Assembly (NCBI RefSeq): GCF_021028975.2
Contig: NC_059429.1
Span: forward strand, 31,248,001 to 31,312,000
Origin: Sphaerodactylus townsendi
Taxonomy: Eukaryota
Direction: 5' to 3'
DNA: 64,000 nucleotides
Both the position numbers and the translations under genes were made by a program. Below, piece after piece: positions 48,866-62,960 of the stretch. The notes under the pieces are model-generated. The model was given only the letters and a program-made list of their open reading frames with translations. It ran no database searches and was not told the origin of the DNA. The first letter of the stretch is position 1, and each line of letters starts with the position of its first letter.

Positions 48866-51567
48866 TCCATTCTCTGGAAAAGATGGTGAAATTTCACACT
48901 TGAATAATGGAAGATCAAATAATGACAAAGTATTTTGGGGTGTTTTCTCATCTTTTGTCAATTTTGAGTTGTTCTGATATGTGAAACTCTTAACATTTTC
49001 AAAATAGACTTCTAGTCCTTGAAGGAAAAGAAAAAAATGCAAATAAATTGTAAAACAAAACCTTTCTCGTTTCTGTTTTCCTATATTTTATTTGATCTTG
49101 ATAAACTGTGAACTTTTTGAACAGGTCAGTTTGGATTTGCTCAAAAATGCAAGTTCATAACCTGAGACCTGTGATAGTTTTCCTCTTCCCTTCTTCCTTC
49201 CTCCTCTTTCCCACCCTCTCACTTGGGACTCTCATTTTTATCCTTTTTCAACTCTGCCCTCGACCCAGTAGACCACTCTGTCAAATGGACACAGGTATTG
49301 CAGAACTTATTACAGTTTCTCAATACCCGTAAGACAGAGCTGTTCTACAAGGCATATGAGGACTGCAATGGTATTTCAACTCGTTGGTCTCCCTTTCTCC
49401 TTTTTTTGTTCAAATTGTTTTGTGCTTTGTTATGGGTTATTTATATTTATTTGTAAGTTCTCCTCCCCCCCCCCAAAAAAAAAACTCTGATTGATTAGTA
49501 AACAGGATGCCAGAATTTTGGATGGAATTTGCTGTTTCATTGTGTTATATTGATTATTCTAAATTTATCTGAGCCCGCTTGTGGGAATGGAAGGAATTGT
49601 TTAACATAGGTGGGGCAAATTAGTGAACACTCTGAAACAACCTTGAGTAGAAGTCTATTCCAGAAATAGCCAGCATGCATTGACCATCAGATGGAATGAG
49701 GAGGAAACACCTTTGTTGCTGGACAACATAAACTAAGTGCTCAATTTGCTATACAGCATGTTGAGGAATGGGGTGTTAACCTCCAGATGGGATTTGGGGA
49801 GCTCTTGAAAACACACCTCTTCAGACTATAGAAAGATCACTTTCTCTGGAGAAAATAGATGCTTTGGAGGGGGATGGGCTGTATGGCATTCTACCCCACT
49901 AAGGTCCCTGTCCTCCCCAGGCTCCATGTCCAAATTTCCAAGAATTACCTAACCTGCATCTGATGACCCTCTCCTCATCCCACGCCTGTGGCCAGAGGGA
50001 TGACTTGGCACCCCTCAACATGGTTCATATGCAGACAGGGATAAACAAGACCAGTGGTTCTCATTGCCCAGGTTTGGAGACAGGGTGGAGTCATTGAATG
50101 TTCTTAAATCATTGGGAGCTGCTGAACTCCCAAGCTTTAAACTGTCCATCAAAAGGTTGATGTATATCAGATATCCAATAGGTGTTTTGTATCAGGGTGG
50201 AGCTGGCACACGCATGCATTCACCTCAGCCTAAAGCATTCCAAACATGCAACGTTCAGGAAGCACGGATATAGGTAAAAAGAAATGAAAAGTGTCACAGA
50301 TCCCTAGATTAAATCACATGCAGGCATCACATAGAACAAAGAATGCTGAAACATATGGTTGTGTATGTGTGTGTGCTTTCAATAACTTCAGATCCTAGCC
50401 AACAATTTTTGTTGATTTGTAGAAACTCTCTTGATTAAATTTTGAACCATCTGCTGCAGGATTGTTCTGTGCAAAAATGTCAGCAGAAAGTGCAGAGCTG
50501 ACAAACTCATCTGTGGAAATGCTGATTTTTGGCATGCTTGTGAGAGTAAGCAATGTGTTCAGCATTAAAGTGGTCAAGGTGTGTCATCCTCTATAGACAG
50601 CAAATAAATATTTTTTGCTTACTCTTTCCTGCAACAACACAAAAACCATTAAAGCATTAAATTAAATTTACATATTTTCATCACCGTTTGCAATCTCAAA
50701 TCAAGCAGCAATGAGGAAAATACAGCTGGGGATGAAGTCGGAATGGTCTCCAAGGTAGGTTTTACTGAGGCATTTGCATCATCACCTTTCTCACACCAGT
50801 TCTGCATCATAAGCAGATGTCCTACCTAGGCAGACATATCTTCTTGTTTATTGCTGATAGGATTTTACATCATCTCATGCTGTACTAGAGGCCAGGAACT
50901 AAAGATTTGTGTGATTATTTCAAATGACAAGCTGTCATCCTCTGTTCTGTTTACCTCTCTTTGCAGCTTCTTTTCAGATTTGCTTTCCTTGGCACAGTTT
51001 CTCCTCTTGTCCTCATTTTTGTTTCAACATTGTTTTCTAGGCCCTCCTGCATCTTTTTTCTGTCTCCCTACAGTTCCTGCCCATGCTCTCTAGGATATGA
51101 GTCACTCAGTCAACAGTCTGAGTAGTTCACATTAGTTGAGCCAAAGACAACCTGGAGATTTGAGGGTGGTATAGGTTGCCAACTGCAATTTGGGAAAATC
51201 CTGGAGGTTTGGAGGTGCACCCTAGGGAGGGACCGCAGTGAGGCAAAATTCCCTAGAGTCCACCCTCCAATGTAGCCATTTTCTCCGGGGGAAATATTCT
51301 GTATAGTCTGGAGATCAGTTGTAATTTTGGAAAATGTAGTTGCCTACCTGGAGGTTGGACACCCTAAAAGAAATATGGGATGGGCATGGTCCAAAGACAG
51401 TGTCAGTTGATCTGTAGTTCTGAAATGTTATTCTAAGTCCCAAGTTAACTCATTTGTTTGAAGAATCCAGGAGGAGGGAATGTGCATCAAAGATCTCAAA
51501 TTCCATATCACCTCATTTGATGGAGTTGTAGAGTTTCTATTCTCATCAAATTATTTTTATGATTCGA

Positions 51568-51838
51568 TTGGTGTGGGTTTTCCAGGCTGTGTGGCCATGC
51601 TCTGGTAGATCTTGTTCCTAATGTTTCACCTGCATCTGTGGCTGGCATCTTCAGAGGTGTATAACACAGGGAAGTCTGTTACACACTGTGTCCAGACTTC
51701 CCTCTGTGATGCACCTCTGAAGATGCCAGTCACAGATGCAGGCGAAACGTTGGGAACAAGATCTACCAGAACACGACCACACAGCCCGGAAAACCCAGAA
51801 CAACCAGTTGAATCCGGCTGTGAAAGCCTTCGACAATA
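51568..51838. mobile_element. Penelope-like foldback fragment (inverted pLTR pair)
   Basis: About 110-bp arms around 51680-51690; ends GAAAGCCTTCGACAAT like 26040-26486. Confidence 0.8.
51714..51754 (+). ncRNA. Minimal type I hammerhead ribozyme motif (mirror copy at 51617-51657 on the minus strand)
   Basis: CCT-CTGAAGA-T-GCCAGT cacagat GCAGGC-GAAAC-GTT-GGG. Confidence 0.65.
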
Positions 51839-52642
51839 TTTTGATGAACACTCACAATTCTATAGATATTCTGCCTAAACAAAAAGTCAATTTGGATTTT
51901 GCATTAGGCAAAATTTGTAGCAAAGGTCCATTCCACACAGCACAAAAAAAGATGTCTGTGGGACATCTTACAAAGAGGTGACTTCTTTTTTTCTTTTTTT
52001 CACTCCACATACCCTAAATAAGATGTACAGGGAATGTCTCAAAAAGAGGTGGCTGCTTGTTTTATTCCAGACAGCAAAGGCATTAGAAAGGATATGAGGC
52101 TTTTTCTCACCTGACCATTTTGCTCTCTGGTCATTCACCCTCAGCTTGCACCTGATACTTTGTGTGCTGTTGAAGGGATTCTCCCCAGTGGTGTAGTGCC
52201 AATGGGGCCAGGTGGGGCATGATGCCCGAGGTGGAGCAGCAGAGGGGGCATGGCCTGGCCACAAAGGGGGCATGGTGGGGCATTTCAAAGGGGGAATGTG
52301 CCACAGCAGGGGTGCAGGGGGCATCCCCCCCAGGCTCACTTCCCCCTTGCTCCACCTTTGATTCTCCCTGCCTCCATTTGCTGAAGGTTGCCCCATTTGC
52401 TCTACAGGCTCCAGTCCTGGGCACCATTTCAATCCAAAAGGCACATAGTTGTACTCAGCTCATTGAGGCATTAAAAAAAAAGACACCTTGAGCTTAAATA
52501 AGACCTGCTGAGGACATCTTGGAAAAATAGCTGTGTTCCTTCCCAAGAGGCCTTTCTACAGTCCTCAGGATGTCTTATTTGTGCTGGCGGATTTCCCTGG
52601 TTCTACTTGTATGGAATGTAAAGAAAGCAAGTTTGGAAGAAT

Positions 52643-52720
52643 GATCTATCGATCTATCGATCTATCGATCTATCGATCATCTATCTATCATCTATCATCT
52701 GCCTGCCTGCCTGCCTGCCT
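52643..52720 (+). repeat. Compound (GATCTATC)n/(ATCT)n/(CTGC)n microsatellite
   Basis: Seen directly. Confidence 0.9.
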
Positions 52721-52739
52721 AGTTATTTATTTGCTCTAT

Positions 52740-53510
52740 GGCTTAGGGAAGCAGGGCAATTTTTTTAGAAAATGTATGTCAGCAAGGTCTTCTTCAGATG
52801 CAAGTTTGCTCCCTAGGGGAGGGTTTTAAGAGTAAGGATTTACCGGGTGCCTTTTATTATGATTACCGCTGTTTTAACAAAAATTTAGTATGTTTTAGTA
52901 TGTTTTAATGATGGAGCCTTATGGATTGTTGTTGTTTTAATTATTGTTCGCTCCTGAATTCGTTGTATTAGTTCTGTTGTACACCGCCCAGAGCCCCTGG
53001 GGATGGGGCGGTATAAAAATTCAAATAATAAATAAATAAATAAAAATGGAAAAAAATCAACAATTGATTGTAGATATTGTTTCTCTGTTGTGGTTTTCAC
53101 TTGGGAATGACTTTCCCAAGGAGGCTAGAAAAGCTCCCACTCTCCTGGCTTTCTGGAAACTATGAAAAAATTAATTATTCACGAGAACTTTTCTGCACCA
53201 AATAGGATTGCACTGTACACAATAGTTCAAAATTTACTTGGATAAACTATTAAGGACTGTAATATATACTGCTGTGTATAGCAAACTGCAAGTAGGATTA
53301 TATGATTGTTGCCCTGCTTAATGTGTCCTGTTAACTCTTATGCTATGCTTCAATTCTGTCTTTAAGATTTCTGCTTGCCTACAGACTTTTGCAACCCAAA
53401 TGTATTGTTTATTGAATGTCCTATTTTACTGATTATATTGACTTACTCTATTTAATTCACCTTGAGTCCCTGTGAGAAAAATGGACTATAAACAATATAA
53501 ATAAATAAAT
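52740..53510 (+). mobile_element. Two adjacent L2-type 3' ends
   Basis: CACCGCCCAGAGCCC..GGGCGGTATA stem-loop plus (AAAT)n at 52980-53045; second at about 53455-53510. Confidence 0.65.
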
Positions 53511-54357
53511 CTGAGAAGATGATTAAGGGTTTCCAGGGATGGACATTCATCTTTGTACATGGACAGAACTTTGAAGGACTGAACATGTTAGCTCAATCTT
53601 GTAGCTGGAAATATTGTTTTTGAATGCAGAGTTCTATTTTCAATCCTTCATAATTCTATATCCCACTATTTGAATTGGTTTTCATGTTTAAAAACTATTT
53701 CATGGTTTTCATGTTTAAAAAACTAAGAATCTTATTTGCACAAATAATCATTGTGGGAAAATTACACCCACTGCAGAGAAATGAAGAAAAAATGTTATTG
53801 GACTTATTTTTATACCAGTGCATTTAACTGAAATACAAAAGTAATATCAAATGAATAAATCCATGGAATAGATAGTGTGGCAGAAAATGATGTCTTTCAT
53901 TTGTCAGCAGCAATACATTAAAGCTTCAAGTATCCAGACGATCATAAACTAAAATAATAATTTACAATTAGAGTCAGCATTCCTGATGAAATCCAAGGTC
54001 CATTATATTTTAAGCAGTCACAGTTCTATCTCTCTTTGGCATTTAATCAACTTCAAGATAAGTTTATTGTTTAGTACACTACCGTTTCATGGAACAGTGT
54101 CCCTTAATCAAATGAAAATATGGTCTATGTATTAAAATATGCAAATAAATAGAGACAGGGCCAATTCCAGGGCCAATTTTGTAGGCCTTGGATGAGTGAC
54201 TAACCAGGGCCACTTTCTCACTTTGAGTCCTTTGGGGAGAAAGATAGGATTCAAATGAAGCAAATAAACAAATATGTCAAAAGAACCTGGAGGAGTAGTT
54301 TCGAAAAACCAACAGTGGCTTGGTCAAGATTACAAAGTGATTCTAAATGAAGGCTGA

Positions 54358-54508
54358 GGCCCCTTCCACACTTGCAGAATAATGCACTTTCAATCCACTT
54401 TCACAATTGTTTGCAATTGGATTTTGCTATTGTGTACATTAAAATCCAGCTGCAAAGTATATAGAAAGTGGATTGGAAGTGCATTATTCTGTCTGTGTGG
54501 AAGGAGCC
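54358..54508. mobile_element. Short Harbinger-like MITE (family of 40327-40467)
   Basis: Palindromic arms; TNA flanks. Confidence 0.8.
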
Positions 54509-54544
54509 TCAGTGGTGAAATTTTAAAAATCTAACCGTAAAAGT

Positions 54545-54850
54545 CCATGTCTATATGGAAAAGGCTATACAGGCCAACCCTCAATGCAGAATCAACCCAA
54601 AGCATCTCTGACAAGTGTTCATCTAGCCACTGCTTGAAGACTGTCAGTGAGGCGGAGCTCACCCCCTCCCTAGGCCACCAATTCAACTGCTGAACACCTC
54701 TTACTGTTAAAAAAATTCCTATTATCCAGCCAGTACCTGTCTGCCCATAATTTAAACCCATTATTGTGAACCCTATCCTCCGTTGCTATCAGAAACAGTT
54801 CCCTGCTCTCCTCTAAGTGAGAACCTTTCAAATATTTTAAACACATGCTG
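54545..54850 (-). mobile_element. CR1 3' fragment
   Basis: YLKGSHLEESRELF...NNGFKL; FLTVRGVQQ..WPRE.VS..SL.VFKQ.LD. Confidence 0.8.
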
Positions 54851-55059
54851 TAGGTCAACCAATAAAAAAGCTGGTAATTACTGGACAGTTTTGTTATTGC
54901 ATGGAAAAGAAAATGATTGTATGGTGTTTCATTCACGCTTAGAATGTAATAATTAGATCTCATCAGCCATACTACTTCAATAAAAAGAATTAAACCAAAG
55001 CAAAAGAAAGAGGCCATGTTTATTAAATTAAAAATCACTGCTAAATTTTGAGTTCCATT

Positions 55060-56440
55060 TAAAAAAAGGGGTCAAGCAAGGTTTTATTCTTGCACCACAC
55101 CTTTTAAATTAGGATCTCTGGTGACACCCTTATTGCTTTATGCTGATGATACCACCATTCTTTTTGGGACAAGAGTAGTCTTCAAAAATATTTACAATCT
55201 TTCTATCAATGCTGTCAGCATAACCTGCTCTTAATTATTTTTTCAAAGTCAAAGCTGGTGGTATTCTCAATGAGCTGGCAACCTCAGAAATGGTATATTG
55301 GCAGCCTGGAAATTGAACAAGTTAAGTGCTTTAAATATCTGACCATTTCTTATCATTACAATCTTAACTGGTTGTAGCACTGTAGGAGGGCTATATATTT
55401 GGCTAGACTAGAAGCTCCTCAATCCAAATTAAGCAATTCTACTTTCTAAAAGATAATCAGTGTGTTCCAGCTGCTGGCATAGTTCTTAATGCCAAAATCT
55501 GACCATAAATATACAGTACCCCATATGGATAGAGGATAGAGGATAGATAATACATCGAGACAATATAGGCATTTTTTTCCATCATCTACTTGGGTTCCCA
55601 AAGTGTGTACTTATTTTTCCATCTGTGCTGAACTTGGTCAATATTTTTGGAGACCAAGGTGTGGTTGAAAATCTTCAAGTATTGGCTAAAGATCCACTTT
55701 AGAACTGAGCCAAGTAATATTTCACTAAAAAGTGATCCTTTACAGTGCAGCTTGATCTTCCGCAACTATGTTAAAACTTAGCCAAATTAGAGCTAGACTC
55801 CCTCCTACTATTTGATGAGTCATATATTTTTCATGATATTAAACAGAGACTCTTGGATCATGAACACCATAAATTTCTCCTATCCAGCCATATTTATGCT
55901 TTTCTGCTAAACTAGGTATACAAATCAGCTTGGGATGCTGGGCCATTACTTTTATGATCTTGACATCTCCCTTCGATGAAGTGTCTTCATGTTGGCCAGA
56001 CTAAATGCATTTCCCTCAGGTGTGTTGTTGGGGAGATATAATTGAGTTCCATTTCAGGAGAGACTCTACACTTGTGGACTGAGTTTGCCTGACTAATTTC
56101 ATCATATAATTTCAGACTGTCATGTCTATGAAGATTTCCATGGTGAATTCTTGCTCCTTTACTCTAGTCCAGGGGTAGGGAACCTGCGGCTCTCCAGATG
56201 TTCAGGAACTACAATTCCCATCAGCCCCTACCAGCATGGCCAATTGGCCATGCTGACAGAGGCTGATGGGAATTGTAGTTCCTGAACATCTGGAGAGCCG
56301 CAGGTTCCCTACCCCTGCTCTAGTCTAAAGAATCTGTAACCAAGGAGTCTGTGATTCAGTACTTTTTGAATGATCATGTCCCTGAAACCACTATGGTAAA
56401 GACAAAGTTTTTGAAAGAGGTCTATAAAGCTGTCCTTTAA
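55060..56440 (+). mobile_element. RTE-X-like LINE, RT C-terminal half, degenerate
   Basis: GVKQG.ILAP, LLYADD, IEQVKCFKYL, FKYWL, FMLARLNAFP. Confidence 0.75.
56170..56317. mobile_element. Complete 148-bp hAT (Charlie-like) MITE, near-perfect hairpin
   Basis: TIR CAGGGGTAGGGAACCTGCGG; perfect 8-bp TSD CTCTAGTC (56162-56169, 56318-56325), resembling the NTCTAGAN target preference. Confidence 0.95.
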
Positions 56441-57264
56441 ATATATAGTTATTATTATTGTTGTCATCATTATTATTATGTTTAATATCACAGCTGCCAG
56501 TTATTTAGCTTGTTGGTGGCCTTTCATTACAATTCAAGCTTCACCCAGAGGCCTAGGATGTTGTAATGCATCGGCACACTATTTGTGTGGATCTCAGCAG
56601 GGCTGCCTTCTGAATCTGACAGATGTTGATTTTGCCAATTTAAGGTTGTTTCAAGTGCCACCCTAGTGTTTTTGGAATGACCTCAGCTGGGATGACCTCA
56701 GCTGGTTTGTGACATAGTCGCTAAATATCAAATTTCAAATCATGGTGTTTAGTTGTTATTGATGTTGTTGTTATTTAATATCGCAGCTGCCAGTTCGTCT
56801 TATTGTTTAATATCACAGCTGCCAGTTCTTCAGCAGAGTGTGATTGGAAGGAGTCCCCAGACTGGAGTGACAGCCCCTGGAAATAGCAGAAGTATTTTGA
56901 GACTGGAATGACAGGGCCAATGGTGGAATGATGGCCCCAGTGATTGATATTAGTGCTCTGCACCTGTAATCACAAAATTTACAGTGGAAAGAAATACCTT
57001 ACACTTATTTCAATCACCGGGGCCACCATTCCACTTTGGGACCTGTCACTCCATTTCCAGAACATTTCAGCTAACCCCGGACACTAGCTTTTTTCTTTAG
57101 GTTGCTGTCATTCCAGTCCAAGAACACTATATGACTCTCAGAGACTATACTTCCATTTTACATGTCATTTGTTTCAGTCCCAGAACAATATCTGGGCCCA
57201 GGAACCTTAATCCAAAATCTATTCCACATATTCATTGTGGCTTGTGTGTGTGTGTTGTCAGAAT

Positions 57265-59330
57265 TAAGAATCAGAATCAGAAACTTTTATTAGGCATCAT
57301 GTTAAAACAAAATTTGGAGGGAAGGAACAGTGCAGCAACACGTATGCAAAACAATAATGAACCAAAAATAAATAAAGAAGAAAACTCATGCCTCCAAAGC
57401 TTTCACCAAATACTTAGCCACCACCTCTGTTATCATACTATCCTGATTATTCAGGAGAAAACAAATCCGGGTTTTCACAGAGGTGGGCATGATGCAGCAA
57501 AAATTAGGTCTAAGGTTAGCATACTTAGGGCAGATGAACAAAATGTGTGCCAATGATTCCACAACAGTAGTAATGTAAGAACAGACCCGTTCCTGGTTAA
57601 CAATATTCTGGAATCATCCTGAAAGCAGGGCAGAAGGAAACATGTTGCATGCGGAGGTGTGGAGACTTGTTGCATTAATAAGACAACAATATTTGTTGGA
57701 AATGAAATCGGCCGCAGCCCAATTTATTTAACAATATAACAACCTTGAAGCTGGGCGAGCATAACAGCACATCCTGGCCCCCAGACAGCGAACTGCTGAA
57801 CCTGGTTATAGGGCAGCCCCAGCTGACCCCTTAGGCCCTTCGGACAGAACCCCTGTCTGTCAGGGACTGTAACAGGAAGTTACTAGGTGCCACATGGACG
57901 CAAACCCAATTTGTGACACCCCTTCTTGCTAGGCAGTGAGCTCTCGGCACAGCCCCAAGGTTTACCCTCACGAGCTCTATCACCACCTCCCTGGGCCTCG
58001 AAAGAGGCAGATCCCAGCCGGCTCAGCCCTTTATGGGCTGCCAGGCCCCCGTCATGTGCTGGTACCTGGCCATGTGACAAGTATCAGGCCAGCCGGTGGG
58101 GAGGAGGCATTCCACTCCTTCCTCCCCTGCCACAACGGTGCCTCCAGGGCTAAAGCCTGGGGCCCGTTTTACCTTTAGCTCCTGTAAGAGCCCACCTTTG
58201 TTTCAGCGTAAAGATTGTATTTACATAACTTGCAGTTTGGGCTTTTTTGGGACAATGCCAAAATATAGGAGAGAACATGAATTTCCTGCCCTGCTAGTTA
58301 GGTACAGATATTCTTGATCAAGTAGGCGATCCTTGATTGTACAAAACAATTCATTGGGTGCTAGCATATGGAGAAAATCCCAGGAAAGTCTCAAAGCAGC
58401 CAGATTTTCATCAATGAGCACTCACCAATCAGAGGTGTGAAATTCTGATAAAGCAAAGTAGGTAAAGCTATTTGAACTGACAGAAAAACAGAGTCGGAGC
58501 CTGAATTTAAGAGTGAGTAGCCAGGCTCTAGTACTCAAAAGCCAGGCTCTAGTGCTCAAACATAGGGCTCAGTGTTGGACAGCAGCCTTAACTCTGTTTA
58601 GAGCAGGGGCAAGATCATTAAGAAATAGGTTGAACAAAACTGGAGCCAGGACACCCTTGTTTAACTCCTCTGGTTACTGATATTTCAGGGGTCAGGTGAC
58701 CTGATGAAGGACACTTCACTTGGCAGGTGGTATTAGTTTGTGTTTATGAGCATGAGGAGTCTAGGTGCGATGCACAGAGTTTTTAACTTTTGCCACAGCA
58801 GCTCTCTAAGCACTGAATCAAAGGCTCCCTTGCGGTCAAGGAAGTTGGCCTTTCCTCTCTTCACATATTTGGAGGTTACTGTATTAAGGACCAGGCAGTG
58901 ATCTAGAGTGGAATGTCCCTTCTTGAAACCAATTTGCTCAGGTCCCAAATTTTTTTCCTCGTTGATCCAGGAAGTAAGTTTACCTAATAGGTATTTGGTG
59001 TAAAGCTGTCCAGTGATTGATAGGAAACTAATGGGTCTATAACTGGCTGGGAGAGCCTGATTTCCTTTTTTAAAGATAGGGACAATGATAGTGTTGGTCC
59101 AGTTGACAGGTACAAAGCCAGTATTGTTCACAGCAGTGAACAGTATGGCTAGCAACAAAGACCACCAATCTATGAAGGTTTTATACAGATTGGGAAGTAT
59201 GGTGTCAGGTCCCAGTGATTTATGTAGCTCAATAAGAAATCTAATTTTGGCCAATAATACCGGGTGGCCAAGTAGGGGCATTACAAGGTACAATGCAAGG
59301 GATCAATGAGGGTCTACCCTGATTAGACCC
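57265..59330 (-). mobile_element. RTE-X-like LINE fragment, interrupted
   Basis: WTNTIIVPIFKKGN...YRPISFLS...EQIGFKKGHSTLDHC...AFDSV; GVKQGCPGS-like segment; (TTCTGA)n tail at about 57265-57282. Confidence 0.8.
57690..58240 (-). mobile_element. DIRS/Ngaro-like terminal repeat fragment inserted in the LINE
   Basis: GC-rich insert ending AATAAA..CTGCGGCC..TTCCAA on the minus strand; family assignment from recall only. Confidence 0.4.
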
Positions 59331-60570
59331 AAATAGTTCTTGAAAATAAGCGAACCAGAATCATGTTTACAATACAAAGAATACCTGGATTTCCCCCCAT
59401 CAGCTGAGAATAGGCATCACAGAAATTATGGCTCAGTCGCTAGGACTGGATCACTCACAGAAAGAGTCTTCCTCTCACAGGACTTCTTTCCTGACTGGAA
59501 GGACACTTTTGCATCCTCCAGTCCATAACTGGATCCAAATGGGAGAACTGTGGCAGCAAGAGAAGGACTACTGTCTCATTGCTGGGACTGGATGTCTTCT
59601 TATTAAAGAAATCTTCCATGCACAAGGACTCTACAACTGAAAGGACATCTTTAAATCCAGCTCCAGCATTTGGATCTAACCCATTCTGAATGCCCAGAGA
59701 GAGGAATGAAGGGAAAATGGTCATCATTGATCATGAGAGAAAAAGACACTGTCCTTCCACAGGATCATCATAATCAGAATTAATTAATAAGCTACATCTG
59801 ATTAAGTACAGAAGTTGTCAGTCTCAGACTCTTGGGAAGCATTTCAAAGCATTTCCATTTTACTTGAGGATCACACTTTTCTGGCACTGGCATTTCTAAA
59901 TTTGAATATATTATAAACATCTTTTGTTTGATGTAATTTTCATGTGTAAAAACATCTGGTTCCACTGCCTTCTAAGGCACACCTGTAATGTCTCTTTAGA
60001 CAGCTCGTGTCCACAAGCATTGACCTTGAGAGCAGCTGATGCTCGTTGGACTGTAGAGCTGAAATTACCTGGAGCAGAAGGTATTTTTAAACACATGTTA
60101 TTCCAAAGCATGCAGCTGCTCACCACATGAATCCTTCACTCACTGCTGTGCTCAGCAGTTACATTTCCTTACTTGAAGGCACTGGGACAAAGAAGACAAC
60201 CTCAATGCCTACTTTTTACCAGCTGTTACATGCTATCTCCTTGATGTTATCAAAGTAGCTGTGTTTTCACAACAAAGAAATTGTGGAACCATAACAAAAC
60301 CATAAACCACTTCTCTTTTCAGTTACTAAATTCCATTGAAAAAACAGCCAATTTCCTCATTTTTTAAAAAAAATCAGAGTTAACTCTCAATTAACTGGTT
60401 ATTTTAAAAAAGTCATTGGTTTCTTTTTCATTTAACCCACCCTATCGTTCTGACAAAGTGCACGCAGGTCTTAAAGAACATGCATCCTGAAGTTATCATT
60501 TTTTAACCACTGGTTGCATGTGAATAAATGTCAATGTAGCAAGTTGAGAGACCTAAATATTTTTCGCTCT

Positions 60571-62960
60571 CATAAGAACATAAGAACATAAGAACAAGCC
60601 AGCTGGATCAGACCAAAGTCCATCTAGTCCAGCTCTCTGCTACTCGCAGTGGCCCACCAGGTGCCTTTGGGAGCTCACATGTAGGATGTGAACGCAATGG
60701 CCTTCAAGGCGGCCAAGTTGCTCCCTGCATCACCTGGTCTGTTAAGGCATTTGCAATCCTTGCAGATCAAAGAGGATCAAGATTGGTAGCCATTACAAGT
60801 CAACTTCTCCTCCATAAATCTGTCCAAGCCCCTTTTAAAGCTATCCAGGTTAGTGTGGCCATCACCACCTCCTGTGGCAGCATATTCTAAACACCAATCA
60901 CATCGCTAAGTATGAAGAAGTGTTTCCTTTTATTAGTCCTAATTCTATTAGTCCTACATTTTCAATGAATGCCCCCTGGTTCTAGTATTGTGAGAAAGAG
61001 AGAAAAATTTCTCTCTGTCAACATTTTCTACCCCATGCATAATTTTGTAGACTTCAATCATATCCCCCCTCAGCCGCCTCCTCTCCAAACTAAAGAGTCC
61101 CAAACGCTGCACCTTCCTCTCCTCATAGGGAAGGTGCTCCAGTCCCTCAATCATCCTTGTTGCCCTTCTCTGCACTTTTTCTATCTCCTCAATATCCTTT
61201 TTTTTGAGATGCGGCGACTCAGAACTGGACATTAACAGTACTCCAAGTAGCGGTCGCATCTCACTGCTTTATATATAAGGGCATGACAATCTTTGCAGTT
61301 TTATTCTCAATTCCTTTTCTAATGATCCCCAGTGCATAGAGTTTGCCTTTTTCACAGCTGCCATGCATTGAGTTGACATTCCCATGGAACTATCAACCAA
61401 GACGCCTTAAATCCCTTTCCTGGTCTGTGACTGATAGCACTGGACCCCCTGTAGCTGTATGTGAAGTTTGGATTTTTTTGCCCCTGTGTGCATCACTCTT
61501 TTTACATTTTAAGCTACATTGAACTGCATTTTGCCATTTCTGGAGCCCACCTCACCCACTTATCATATGGGTCCGCTTGGAGCTCTTTCAAGCAATCCTT
61601 TGTGGTTCTCAACCTCACCTCTACATAATTTGGTATCATCTGCAAACTTGGCCACCACGCTTACCCAAGTAACCCCTACTTCCAGGTCATTTATGAATAG
61701 GTTAAAAGAGCACTGGTCCCAAAACGGATCCTTGGGGGACACCACTCCTGACATCTCTCCATTGTGAGAACTTCCCATTTACACTCCACTCTTTTGTTTC
61801 CTTCCCTGTTTCTCAACCAGTTTTTAATCCATATAGGAGGACTTCCCCTCTTATCTTCCTTTCATTGGGCTGAGTTTTCTTCTAACAGTCTCTGGTGAGG
61901 AACTCTTTGTCAAAAGCCTTTTGGAAATCCAAGTAGACAATGTCCACCGGTTCACCCCTGTCCACATGTCTTGTTTACACCTTCAAAGAACTCCTAGTAA
62001 GTTTGTAAGACAGGATTTTATGCCTCTTGCAAAAGCTTTCATGCTGACTCCTTTTCTCAGCAGGTCTTGCTTTTCTACACATGTTTTATAATTTTATCTT
62101 TTAATGATAGATTCTACCTACATTTTACCAGGAACAGATGTCAAACTGACTGGCCTTTTGTAATTTCCCTCGGGTCCCCCCTAGATCCTTTCTTAAAGAT
62201 TGGTGTGGACATTGGCCATCTTCCAGTCTTCAGGGGATGGAGCCTGGATTTCAGGGATAAGTTGCATTATTAAAGTGAGAAGATCAGCAATTTCATGCTT
62301 GAGCTCTTTAAGAACTCTTTGGGTGAATGCAATCTGGGGCCAGGGATTTGGTAACATTTAGTTTATCAATGGCTGCCAGAACTTTCTTTCCTTGTCTATC
62401 ACTATCTTCTTCGCTAGTTCCTCGAATTCACCTCCTCCTAAAAGCTTGGTTCAGGTGCAGGAATGTCTCTTCAATTTCCTTCTCTTGGGTGAAGACAGAT
62501 GCAAAGAATTCATTCAGCTTCTCTGCAATCTCCCTGCCATCTTTTAGCACACCCTTTTGTTCCTTTTGTCATCTAACGGGCCTTACCGCTTCCCTTTGCT
62601 GGCTTCCCCTTGCTTTTGATGTACTTCTTGAAGAACTGTTTGTTGCTGGTCTTGATGTTCAAGCAGCCATATGCTTCCTCATAACTCCTTTTGCCTCCCT
62701 TACAGCTAACTTGCTTCTTCTTTGCCACCATCTGTGTTCCCTCTCATATTCTTCATCAGCCAAACTGGACTTCCATTTTCTAAAAGACATTTTCTTTTTT
62801 CTGATAATTTCCTCAACCTCTCTTGTTAACCATGGTGGCTTTCTTTTGGACTGGGTGCTGCCTTTTCTAACCTGTGGAACACATTCCAGCTGAGCTTTTA
62901 TTACTGTGTTTTTAAATAACCTCCAAGCATCCTGGACAGTTTTGACTCTCTTTGACTCTC
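60571..62960 (-). mobile_element. CR1 LINE, 5'-truncated ORF2
   Basis: (TTCTTATG)n tail; [66 protein letters not shown]. Confidence 0.95.
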
